DNA of 64,000 nt, from assembly GCA_052386495.1 (NCBI GenBank), contig JBQTKA010000008.1:9918-73917 (forward strand). Reading direction: 5' to 3'. Of this stretch, positions 9,142 through 17,140 are shown one piece after another. This DNA comes from Hyphomicrobium sp. GTDB taxonomy: Bacteria > Pseudomonadota > Alphaproteobacteria > Rhizobiales > Hyphomicrobiaceae. Every line of letters starts with the position of its first letter. Position 1 is the stretch's first letter. Under the pieces are notes generated by a model, which was not told the DNA's origin, made no database searches, and saw only the letters and a program-made list of their open reading frames with translations. The position numbers were made by a program, and so were the translations under genes.

Positions 9142-9719
9142 GCGTCGCCAAGCCGCCGATCTCTGCACCACCCGCCCGCGCGCGGTTTGTCGTCACCTTG
9201 CCGATGCGGCCGAACGTGCTTGAACCCGCTCTGCTTAAAGTCTGCCCAGAAGGGGCGTCGGCGCTCACGGCAACACAAGAGGCTTTCACGCATCTTGCGA
9301 GGCGCAGCAAACAACGGCTCGTTTTGATTACTCCCTTCATTGACCTGGCAGGCATCGAATGGGCGACCACGCTGTTCAAAGCGTCGCCGGCGCCGGAACG
9401 CATTCTCATCTTGCGCGAAACGCGCCGGCTCGATGACTTCGGCTCGGCCGCCGTCGAATTGAAGTCGCTTGTTACGGAGCTGCTCGAATACCGCGTGGTC
9501 CACGCATCCGGCGACAGAGCCCTACCTATCGAGACATTCCACGCCAAGATTGCCTTGGCGGACGGTTCGGCCGCCTATGTCGGTTCCGCCAATATGTTGC
9601 AGTCATCCCTGGAAGTCGCCCTCGAGTGCGGTTTTTTCATTGAAGGGCCGGCGGTCGCGCAGGTTTCGGATTTGGTGTCTGCGATCTTGCTCGTGACTCG
9701 ATCACCCATCGAAAGCTAG
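9138..9719 (+). CDS. Single-HKD phospholipase-D-family nuclease, 193 aa (DISARM DrmC-like)
   Basis: HAKIALADGSAAYVGSAN = HxK(x4)D(x6)GSxN (nt 9540-9593). ORF-track entry 8997-9719 is the same frame. ATG 9138 is preferred because it forms an ATGA overlap with the upstream stop. Confidence 0.85.
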   Translation: MSVAKPPISAPPARARFVVTLPMRPNVLEPALLKVCPEGASALTATQEAFTHLARRSKQRLVLITPFIDLAGIEWATTLFKASPAPERILILRETRRLDDFGSAAVELKSLVTELLEYRVVHASGDRALPIETFHAKIALADGSAAYVGSANMLQSSLEVALECGFFIEGPAVAQVSDLVSAILLVTRSPIES

Positions 9720-9903
9720 ACCGGCTCACCCGTTCGCGTTTCAGCGATTCGCATAATCGGGCTTATGTTCAACTAAACGAAGACCTAGTTGCCGATCAGC
9801 GTTCCGACTCCGACCGCCAGTAGCGAATCTACAATTCAATTCCGATCAACATGTCAGACTTACAGTGGCTCAACGCTCGTGGTCGCTGAACTTCAATCGC
9901 GTG

Positions 9904-11268
9904 CTAGTCTGCGGGTCGGGCTGTCGTCATCACGCTCGGCAACTCCAGGGTCGCCAATAGCCCGCCGAGTTCCGACGTCGCTAGCGTCGCATCGCCGCCG
10001 TAGAGCCTTGCGAGTTCTCGTACGATCGCGAGTCCTAGTCCGGACCCCGGCAACTGCGTGTCCCATCGCTCGCCAACCTTAAATACAACCTCGCGCGCCT
10101 CAGGCGGCAAGCCGATGCCATCATCTTCAATAAATATCAGGACCGCCGGTTCTTTGCTGCGTTTAGTGGATATCCGCACGCTGCGAGCGGCGTGTTTGCA
10201 GGCGTTGTCGACTAGGTTGGCCAGCATCTCATTGAGGTCCTGAGCATCGCAGGCAACTTGGAGATCATTTTCGACTGCATTCTCAATTGTGACGCCGCGA
10301 TCAATATGCAAACGCTGTAGTGCGCTTGTCACTTCGCTGGCAGCCTTGTTCACCGAAGCGACGGTCCCTGGCGTGGATCGCAAGGCGACGGCGCGGGCGC
10401 GCGCAAGCTGGTAGTCAATCTGCGTTTGCATTTTTTGGCATTCACCGAGGATCGTCTTAGAAGCATCGGATAGACCTCTGCCCTCAATCCGATAAGCTTC
10501 ATCCGTCAAGATCGCGAGGGGCGTCTTTAGGCCATGCGCGAGATTTCCGGCTTGCGTGCGCGCTCTCTGAATTAGTTCAGCTGTCGAGGACAGCAGTGTG
10601 TTGAGGTCATCGACCAACGGCTGAACCTCGGTTGGGAAGTGACTGGGAAGTCCTTTGCTGTCGCCCGACCGGACTGACGCCAGTGACGTGCGAAGTTGCT
10701 CAAACGGGCGCATCGCGAAGAGTATCAAAAGGGTCGCGGCCACCACCATAGAAACGCCGAACCCGGCAAGCGACCACGAAAGGGTTTGATTGAAACTTTT
10801 CAGGACTTCATCAAGGTGGCGCTCATCAGTGCCGATAATGTATTGAACCGGCGACGCTTCCTGAGGTTTAGCGAATGTCTTCTCAGCAACGAGGAGCGCG
10901 CCCGTCGGGCCTTCGATCGTATGAGTATGAACATCTGTGCCATCTGTTCCATCGGAAGGCATTTTGAGTGCCTGACCTTGCAGCGATGGTGATCGAGCAA
11001 GTATCGCTCCCGATTGTTGGATTTCCCAGTAGAAGCCAGACAATGCCACTTCGTATCGCGGATCGCTTAAATTGCGCTGCAGATGCGCGCCCTTGTCGTC
11101 CGTTTCCGTCAGACGTTGCAGCTCATCAAGATGCACATAGAGTTCATCCCAGAACTGCTCGGTGACGTGCTTCTTGAAGATGGCAGACAGCACGAAACCG
11201 GCGGCGATCATGCCAATAGCGATCCAGATCGTGGCAGCGCCAATCAGCCGGTTTTTGAGGCTACGCAT
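9904..11268 (-). CDS. Sensor histidine kinase (PhoQ/EnvZ-type; N-terminal TM, periplasmic domain, second TM, HAMP, HisKA, HATPase)
   Basis: H-box NLAHGLKTPLAIL, N-box LANLVDNACKHA, G-boxes EDDGIGLP and GSGLGLAIVRELARLYGG. Lies 11 nt downstream of the response-regulator gene. Confidence 0.9.
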   Translation of the reverse strand: MRSLKNRLIGAATIWIAIGMIAAGFVLSAIFKKHVTEQFWDELYVHLDELQRLTETDDKGAHLQRNLSDPRYEVALSGFYWEIQQSGAILARSPSLQGQALKMPSDGTDGTDVHTHTIEGPTGALLVAEKTFAKPQEASPVQYIIGTDERHLDEVLKSFNQTLSWSLAGFGVSMVVAATLLILFAMRPFEQLRTSLASVRSGDSKGLPSHFPTEVQPLVDDLNTLLSSTAELIQRARTQAGNLAHGLKTPLAILTDEAYRIEGRGLSDASKTILGECQKMQTQIDYQLARARAVALRSTPGTVASVNKAASEVTSALQRLHIDRGVTIENAVENDLQVACDAQDLNEMLANLVDNACKHAARSVRISTKRSKEPAVLIFIEDDGIGLPPEAREVVFKVGERWDTQLPGSGLGLAIVRELARLYGGDATLATSELGGLLATLELPSVMTTARPAD

Positions 11269-11279
11269 TCGCTGCTCCG

Positions 11280-11933
11280 CTATTCGATCCGGTATCCAAG
11301 ACCGCGAATGGTCTTGATGAAATCGGCGCCGAACTTTCGCCTAAGGCGGCTGACGTAAACCTCAATGGTGTTGGATTCTCTGCTCTCTTCGAGCGCATAG
11401 AGATGCTCAGTCAATTCCGCTTGCGACACGATGCGGCCAATCCGGTGCATGAAATAATTGAGCATGCGCATTTCTCGCGCCGTCAGCTCAATGGACTTGC
11501 CATCAAGGGTTACGCGTCCTGACCCGGTGTCGAGCGTCACATTGCGATGCGTGAGCTGTGGGCTTGCCAGTCCGGACGATCGGCGGATGAGCGCCTGCAA
11601 CCGTGCGGCCACTTCGGGAATATGGAAAGGCTTGGTAATGTAGTCGTCGGCGCCGGCGTTGAGGCCGTCGACTTTTTCCGACCAGCTTCCACGCGCGGTC
11701 AAAACGAGTACGGGCACCATGCGCGCCTCCGCACGCCAGCGCTTCAGCACATCAATTCCCTGCATCTGAGGGAGGCCAAGATCGAGAATGGCTGCGTCAT
11801 AGGTGTCATCGATACCCATCGCATAGCCATCGGCGCCATTATCTGCCCGGTCCACAGTGAAGCCAGCCGGGGTAAGCCCCGACACAAGCCGCTCTGCGAT
11901 GTCGTCGTCGTCTTCGACCAGAAGAATACGAAT
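11280..11933 (-). CDS. OmpR/PhoB-family response regulator with probable ATT start codon
   Basis: Receiver domain (IRILLVEDDDD ... AAILDLGLP ... DDYITKPF) plus winged-helix C-terminus (IEVYVSRLRRKFG ... IRGLGYRI). The ORF track starts at GTG 11885, which would delete strand beta-1 and the acidic pocket. The frame is open to a TAA 7 codons upstream of ATT 11933 with no ATG/GTG/TTG in between. AGGAGG sits 5 nt upstream of the ATT. Confidence 0.85.
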   Translation of the reverse strand: MRILLVEDDDDIAERLVSGLTPAGFTVDRADNGADGYAMGIDDTYDAAILDLGLPQMQGIDVLKRWRAEARMVPVLVLTARGSWSEKVDGLNAGADDYITKPFHIPEVAARLQALIRRSSGLASPQLTHRNVTLDTGSGRVTLDGKSIELTAREMRMLNYFMHRIGRIVSQAELTEHLYALEESRESNTIEVYVSRLRRKFGADFIKTIRGLGYRIE

Positions 11934-12022
11934 GGCTACCTCCTCTCCTTAATCCCCAAACGCCATACCACGGACAAGCTGAAACGAAGCTGAAAAGCCG
12001 TTCAGCCGACAAGAGATTTCAG

Positions 12023-12040
12023 TTCAGGTCCGTTTCAGGT
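12023..12040 (+). promoter_or_regulatory. Candidate response-regulator box TTCAGGTCCGTTTCAGGT (direct TTCAGG repeats, 11-bp spacing), copy 1
   Basis: 18/18 identical to nt 19096-19113. Lies in the divergent intergenic region between the regulator gene and the RND operon, 57 nt before ATG 12098. A third TTTCAG lies just upstream (12017-12022). Confidence 0.45.
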
Positions 12041-12097
12041 CGCGGTTGCAAGAAGCGCGCATCGCCTTTTCGCGTTTGCACATCAGGAGACCGCTAC

Positions 12098-13153
12098 ATG
12101 CACTCGACCAGCCACGTGAGCCGATTGGTTTTGCCCTTGGCGCTGATTGCCAGCACGGCCGCTCAGGCGAAAGACCTTGCCGTCTCGCCTGCGCAAGTGG
12201 AGCGTTTGGAGATTAAGGTTGAAGATGTCAGGCGCGCTGAGACTGAAGCCGTGGCCTTGCTGCCCGGCACCGTAACACCAGCGATGAACGCGCGAATCAT
12301 AGCAGCGGCGCCCTTCGCGGGAACGCTTGTTCAGCTGCATGCGCTTCCAGGTCAGAAGATTTCAAAGGGTGCGCCGCTCGCGACTATTTCAAGCCGCGAA
12401 TTGCTCGAAGCCATGAGCCAACTCGCGCAGTCGGAAGCGGAACTGCAGATGGCAGAGGCCGTGGCGCGACGCAAGCGCACGCTGGTCGATAAAAACTTCC
12501 AAGCGCCTGCCGTTGCCGAAGAAGCGGAGGCGCAAGTCGCAAAGATCAAGGCCGTCATCGACCAGAACAAACGGACGGCATCGCTCGGTGGCATAACGGT
12601 CGGACAGGGCGGCCAATACACGCTGCCGGCACCGGCCGATGGCACGATCGTCGAAGCGCGCGCGATGCTCGGGGACAAGCTCGATGCGATGGCGCCGGTC
12701 GTTGCCGTCGATGCGAGCCCGGAGCTATCGATCGAGGTTCAGGTCCCTGCCGATTTGGTCACGCAAATTCATGCAGGCGATAAGGTTCAAGTCATCGATG
12801 GGCCTGAAGGAACAGTCATTGCGGTCGGCGGGTCACTCGATCGCATGACCCGATCCGCCATGCTCCTTGCATCTGTGCCTTCTAGCTCCGGTTTGATGCC
12901 GGGGCAGATGGTGACGCTGAGTATTCAGCGGCCCGCCGTAGCGAACGCGATTGCCGTGCCAGCAACATCTGTGGCGCGTATCGATGGCCGCGACAGCGTT
13001 TTTGTTCGCACCGATGACGGTTTCAAACTAGTCCCCATAGTCCTTCGGGGGCGGTCACCCTTGGGCGCAACCGTCTCAGGAGATATCGCCCCGAACGCCA
13101 AAGTCGCCGCAAGCAGCCTTCCGCAACTCGAACAGATGCTGGCGGGGGAGTAG
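12098..13153 (+). CDS. RND efflux periplasmic adaptor (CzcB/CusB/HlyD family)
   Basis: Signal-like N-terminus, coiled-coil hairpin region (ELLEAMSQLAQSEAELQMAEAVARRKRTLVDK), beta-barrel C-terminal part. AGGAG precedes the ATG. The stop is 3 nt before the RND pump gene. Confidence 0.9.
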   Translation: MHSTSHVSRLVLPLALIASTAAQAKDLAVSPAQVERLEIKVEDVRRAETEAVALLPGTVTPAMNARIIAAAPFAGTLVQLHALPGQKISKGAPLATISSRELLEAMSQLAQSEAELQMAEAVARRKRTLVDKNFQAPAVAEEAEAQVAKIKAVIDQNKRTASLGGITVGQGGQYTLPAPADGTIVEARAMLGDKLDAMAPVVAVDASPELSIEVQVPADLVTQIHAGDKVQVIDGPEGTVIAVGGSLDRMTRSAMLLASVPSSSGLMPGQMVTLSIQRPAVANAIAVPATSVARIDGRDSVFVRTDDGFKLVPIVLRGRSPLGATVSGDIAPNAKVAASSLPQLEQMLAGE

Positions 13154-13156
13154 GCC

Positions 13157-16100
13157 ATGCTGCGCCGCCTGATCGAATTTTCACTGACGCAGCGCGCCTT
13201 CATGCTGCTTATGTCAGTGCTGGTCGCTGGCCTCGGGGGCTACGCTTTCAAGACCATTGCGATCGACGCATTTCCGAATATCTCGCCCGTCCAGGTGAAG
13301 ATGATTCTCAAGGCGCCCGGCATGACGCCGGAGGAAGTTGAAACGCGCGTCATCACGCCGATCGAGATGGAGCTTCTCGGAATTCCGCGCCAGACGATTC
13401 TCCGCTCAGCCGCCAAGTATGCTGTCGCCGACATCACGCTCGATTTCGAAGATGGCACAGACATCTACTGGGCCCGCCAACAGGTTGCCGAACGCCTTGC
13501 AGGCGTGCGCGGCGACCTCCCAGCGAGCGTCACAGGCGGCCTTGCGCCTGTATCGACGCCGCTCTCGGACGTGTTCATGTTCACGATCGAAGGCGGCAAG
13601 CTGTCGCTCGAAGAGCGCCGCAGTCTTCTTGATTGGACCATTCGACCGGCGCTCAGAACCATTCCCGGCGTCGCCGATGTCAACGCACTTGGCGGCATGG
13701 TGCGAACCTTCGAAGTCACACCGAACAATGCAGCGTTGGCGGCTGCGGGGCTTGGTGTTTCGGATCTTCTTAAGTCGATTGAAGACGGTAACCGCAACGA
13801 TGGCGCCGGCCGATTGAGCGAAGGGGAAAAAGCGCTCGTTGTGCGCGCTGAAGGCGCCATTCGGACGCCGCAAGATTTGGAGCAGATCGTCCTAAAAATG
13901 GAGGGCAGTCGTGTCCTTCGGCTCCGGGACGTTGCCAGTGTGCGCATCGGCAGTCTGACGCGCTATGGCGCGGTGACGAAGGATGGCGCCGGAGAAGCGG
14001 TTCAAGGTCTCGTGCTGTCGATGCGTGGCGCCGACGCCAGCGCGATTGTCAAGTCCGTGCGCGCGCGGCTCGATGAATTGAAGCCGTCGCTGCCTGAAGG
14101 TGTGACGCTCGAAGTCTTCTACGACCGGTCGGATCTGATTCAGCGTGCTGTGGGTACAGTCACTAAGGCGCTGACGGAAGCGACCGTCCTGGTCATCATT
14201 TTATTGCTGGCCTTCCTCGGCAACTTGCGCGCCGCGCTCGTCGTAGCCGTAACCTTGCCGTTCGCAGCCCTCGTGACGTTCGTCATGATGCAGATGTTCG
14301 GCATGACTGCGAACTTGATGAGCCTCGGCGGCCTAGCGATCGCCATCGGCCTCATCGTAGATGCCGCGGTCGTCGTTGTGGAGAACACGGTCGAGCGGCT
14401 TCAGCACGAGGGCGATGATAACCGGGTTCCGATGCTGCACCGGATCTATCAGTCCGCGAGCGAAGTCGCGATGCCAGTCGCCTCCGGCATCCTGATTATC
14501 TGCCTCGTGTTCCTGCCGTTGCTGTCTCTACAGGGACTTGAAGGAAAGCTTTTCAGCCCGGTGGCGCTGACGATCATCTTTGCGCTCAGCGCCTCGCTGA
14601 TTATTTCACTGACGCTGATTCCTGTTCTGTCGTCTTTTCTGCTCAAGTCCGGGCATCACGCTGAGCCGTTGCTGATGCGGCTGCTGACGCGCGGCTATCG
14701 CCCATTTCTGAAGGGTTGCCTCCGCTTCCCGCTTCCGGTCTATGCACTTGCCGCGGCCAGCATCGGCCTCGTCGTGGTCGCCTATGGCGCGATCGGCAAG
14801 TCGTTCATGCCAACCATGGACGAGGGGTCGGTGATCATGCAGATCACCAAGCTGCCCTCGATCAGCTTGAAAGCTAGCATCGACGGCGACCTCCTCATCC
14901 AGAAAACACTCAAAGAGAAAGTCCCCGAAGTCGAACGCATCGTCGCACGCGTAGGGTCCGACGAGCTTGGCCTCGATCCGATGGGCCCTAACGAGACCGA
15001 TACCTTTCTCGTTCTGAAGCCCAAGGATCAATGGCGCGTCCCGGACAAAGCCTGGCTCGTCGAACAGCTACGCGAAGCGATGTCCGACCTTCCAGGCGTT
15101 GAGTTCGCGTTCACTCAGCCGATCGAAATGAGAACGGCGGAGATGCTGACCGGCGCCCGTGGCGATCTCGCCATCAAGGTCTTCGGTCCAGATCTCAAGA
15201 CCCTTTCTGAATTGTCAGGGCAGATTCAATCGGTATTGAGCAAGGTGCCTGGCGCTTCAGAAGTCTCGACCGTCGCTAACGACAGCGTTGACTACCTGCA
15301 GATCAACGTCGATCGGCTTTCAAGCGGCCGCACAGGTCTCTCTGTCAGCGTGCTTCAAGACCAGCTGCGCTCGGTGATCGAAGGAGCGCCTGCGGGATTG
15401 GTCTCCGAGCCAGGCCGCCGCACAAATGTTGTCGTGCGCGGCTCGGAGTCGGTACGTGAATCGCCTGAGTTGTTTTCGCAAACCCAGCTGGCGGCCGGCG
15501 ATGGCGGGCTGGTTCGGGTCGGCGATATTGCGAAACTTGAGCGCGTCGCCGGTCCGGTCAAGATCGACCGCGAGAACGCGTCACGCTTCGCAATCATTCA
15601 GGCCTATGTGACGGGTCGCGATCTCGTCGGCTTTGTCGAAGACGCGCAAAAGGCCGTCGCTGAAAAGGTCCCTCTGCCGCAAGGCTATCGCTTAGTCTGG
15701 GGCGGACAGTTCGAAAACCAGCGGCGTGCAGCAACACGTCTAGCGATCGTCGTTCCAATTGCTCTCGGACTGATCTTCGGCGTTCTGTTCGCCACGCTGC
15801 GCTCGATGCGCCAAGCCTTGTTAATTTTGGCGAACGTGCCGTTCGCACTGGTCGGTGGTGTCCTCGCACTGTGGCTGACCGGTGAATATCTCTCGGTTCC
15901 CGCGTCTGTGGGCTTCATCGCGCTGCTCGGCATCGCAGTGCTCAACGGCCTCGTTCTCGTAAGTCATTTCAATGAGTTGATCGCAGGCGGATCGAGCGTT
16001 GCCGACGCGGTTTTTGAAGGCTCCGTTCGCCGGCTTCGCCCGGTGATGATGACGGCAAGCATCGCTGCGTTCGGGTTGGTGCCGCTGCTGTTCGCCAATG

Positions 16101-16321
16101 GGCCCGGTTCCGAAATCCAAAAGCCGCTCGCCATTGTCGTGATCGGCGGCCTGATCACCTCAACAGCCCTCACACTCATCCTTCTTCCCATTCTGTTCCG
16201 GCGCTTTGGCGTGGCGTCAGCAGCATCGGAAATCGAACCTCGGAGACTCCTATGGACCAGTCCCTTTGCAAACTCACACTCGTCTTTCCACCAAGTGCAA
16301 GCGACCGAATCATCGAACTGA
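13157..16321 (+). CDS. Heavy-metal RND efflux pump, CzcA/CusA family (1054 aa)
   Basis: Typical N-terminus MLRRLIEFSLTQRAFMLL...AIDAFPNISPVQV, 12-TM architecture, [21 protein letters not shown] motif. Confidence 0.95.
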   Translation: MLRRLIEFSLTQRAFMLLMSVLVAGLGGYAFKTIAIDAFPNISPVQVKMILKAPGMTPEEVETRVITPIEMELLGIPRQTILRSAAKYAVADITLDFEDGTDIYWARQQVAERLAGVRGDLPASVTGGLAPVSTPLSDVFMFTIEGGKLSLEERRSLLDWTIRPALRTIPGVADVNALGGMVRTFEVTPNNAALAAAGLGVSDLLKSIEDGNRNDGAGRLSEGEKALVVRAEGAIRTPQDLEQIVLKMEGSRVLRLRDVASVRIGSLTRYGAVTKDGAGEAVQGLVLSMRGADASAIVKSVRARLDELKPSLPEGVTLEVFYDRSDLIQRAVGTVTKALTEATVLVIILLLAFLGNLRAALVVAVTLPFAALVTFVMMQMFGMTANLMSLGGLAIAIGLIVDAAVVVVENTVERLQHEGDDNRVPMLHRIYQSASEVAMPVASGILIICLVFLPLLSLQGLEGKLFSPVALTIIFALSASLIISLTLIPVLSSFLLKSGHHAEPLLMRLLTRGYRPFLKGCLRFPLPVYALAAASIGLVVVAYGAIGKSFMPTMDEGSVIMQITKLPSISLKASIDGDLLIQKTLKEKVPEVERIVARVGSDELGLDPMGPNETDTFLVLKPKDQWRVPDKAWLVEQLREAMSDLPGVEFAFTQPIEMRTAEMLTGARGDLAIKVFGPDLKTLSELSGQIQSVLSKVPGASEVSTVANDSVDYLQINVDRLSSGRTGLSVSVLQDQLRSVIEGAPAGLVSEPGRRTNVVVRGSESVRESPELFSQTQLAAGDGGLVRVGDIAKLERVAGPVKIDRENASRFAIIQAYVTGRDLVGFVEDAQKAVAEKVPLPQGYRLVWGGQFENQRRAATRLAIVVPIALGLIFGVLFATLRSMRQALLILANVPFALVGGVLALWLTGEYLSVPASVGFIALLGIAVLNGLVLVSHFNELIAGGSSVADAVFEGSVRRLRPVMMTASIAAFGLVPLLFANGPGSEIQKPLAIVVIGGLITSTALTLILLPILFRRFGVASAASEIEPRRLLWTSPFANSHSSFHQVQATESSN

Positions 16322-16632
16322 TGCTGCGCCGTGATCCACCAAGCTCTGGGTTTACGACCTGGATCGCCGAAGGTCATGGACTTGGCTTTGCAAATGCCTC
16401 GATCAGCGAGCGCGTGAGGGGGCGCGTCAAGCGCGCTGTTCTGATTGCAGTGCTTCGTCGTGATGAGCTCGATCATCTCGTGAGTGAGATCGCGGAGGCG
16501 GCGCCAATTCCGCATGTCACGTACTGGATCGAACCTGTGGAAGCCTTTGGCCACCTCGCTCCAGCAAACGTACGGCACGGCGTCGCGCAATCTCGGACAA
16601 CATCCCATGCTGACCTGGAAGGCACGTCATGA
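16252..16632 (+). CDS. DUF3240-like small cytoplasmic protein commonly found after CzcA genes
   Basis: N-terminus CKLTLVFPPSASDRIIELML...GFTTWIAEGHG resembles the DUF3240 family. It overlaps the czcA 3' end by 70 nt out of frame. An alternative ATG 16321 (TGATG overlap) would remove the conserved first strand. Confidence 0.6.
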   Translation: MDQSLCKLTLVFPPSASDRIIELMLRRDPPSSGFTTWIAEGHGLGFANASISERVRGRVKRAVLIAVLRRDELDHLVSEIAEAAPIPHVTYWIEPVEAFGHLAPANVRHGVAQSRTTSHADLEGTS

Positions 16633-16811
16633 GCTTCGCCGGCGTCATGCAATTTCTTTGGCCCGTGCTCGTCTCGGCCACCGCTTGGGGCATCGCAATT
16701 TGGGCATTGCGCGAGCCCGACGTCCACTCGGACATTGTCAAACGGTTGATCGGCGAAAAGCCTGAACGGCCAACGATCAGGCTCGTGAATCAGCAAGAAA
16801 AACAACCATAG
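16629..16811 (+). CDS. Small single-TM protein (60 aa), hypothetical
   Basis: ATGA overlap with the preceding stop (16629-16632). One hydrophobic helix (FLWPVLVSATAWGIAIWAL). Confidence 0.5.
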   Translation: MSFAGVMQFLWPVLVSATAWGIAIWALREPDVHSDIVKRLIGEKPERPTIRLVNQQEKQP

Positions 16812-16835
16812 CAGCAACGCCAGGAGCCAATCACA

Positions 16836-17087
16836 ATGTCAACTCTAATGAAAGCAAGTGCCGCAGCGGCACTCGTTCTAGCGGCCTCGTCAGCAATTGC
16901 TTCTGGGCACGACATTCCTTGGCGAGACGGCGCGTCGCGCACTGTCGGCTTCGGGCACTGTGCGAAGGGTCCGTGCATGAAGCGCTACTCGTTTGCGCCG
17001 AGCGTTCCGCATCGTCACATCGCGAATGGAAGTTGCGAAGGCAAAGGCCCCGCCGGCTATCGCTTTGGAATCCGGTTTCAATGCTGA
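16836..17087 (+). CDS. Small secreted Cys/His protein (83 aa), paralogue of 23404-23649
   Basis: Signal peptide, then H-D-I-PWR ... GFGHCAKGPCMKRY ... PHRH. The 14-aa block is identical to the paralogue while the DNA differs only at synonymous third positions. Confidence 0.65.
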   Translation: MSTLMKASAAAALVLAASSAIASGHDIPWRDGASRTVGFGHCAKGPCMKRYSFAPSVPHRHIANGSCEGKGPAGYRFGIRFQC

Positions 17088-17140
17088 ACAGTGCTTATCG
17101 AAAAGCGGTACGACTGAACTTTGATCTAGAAAGCGAGTAA

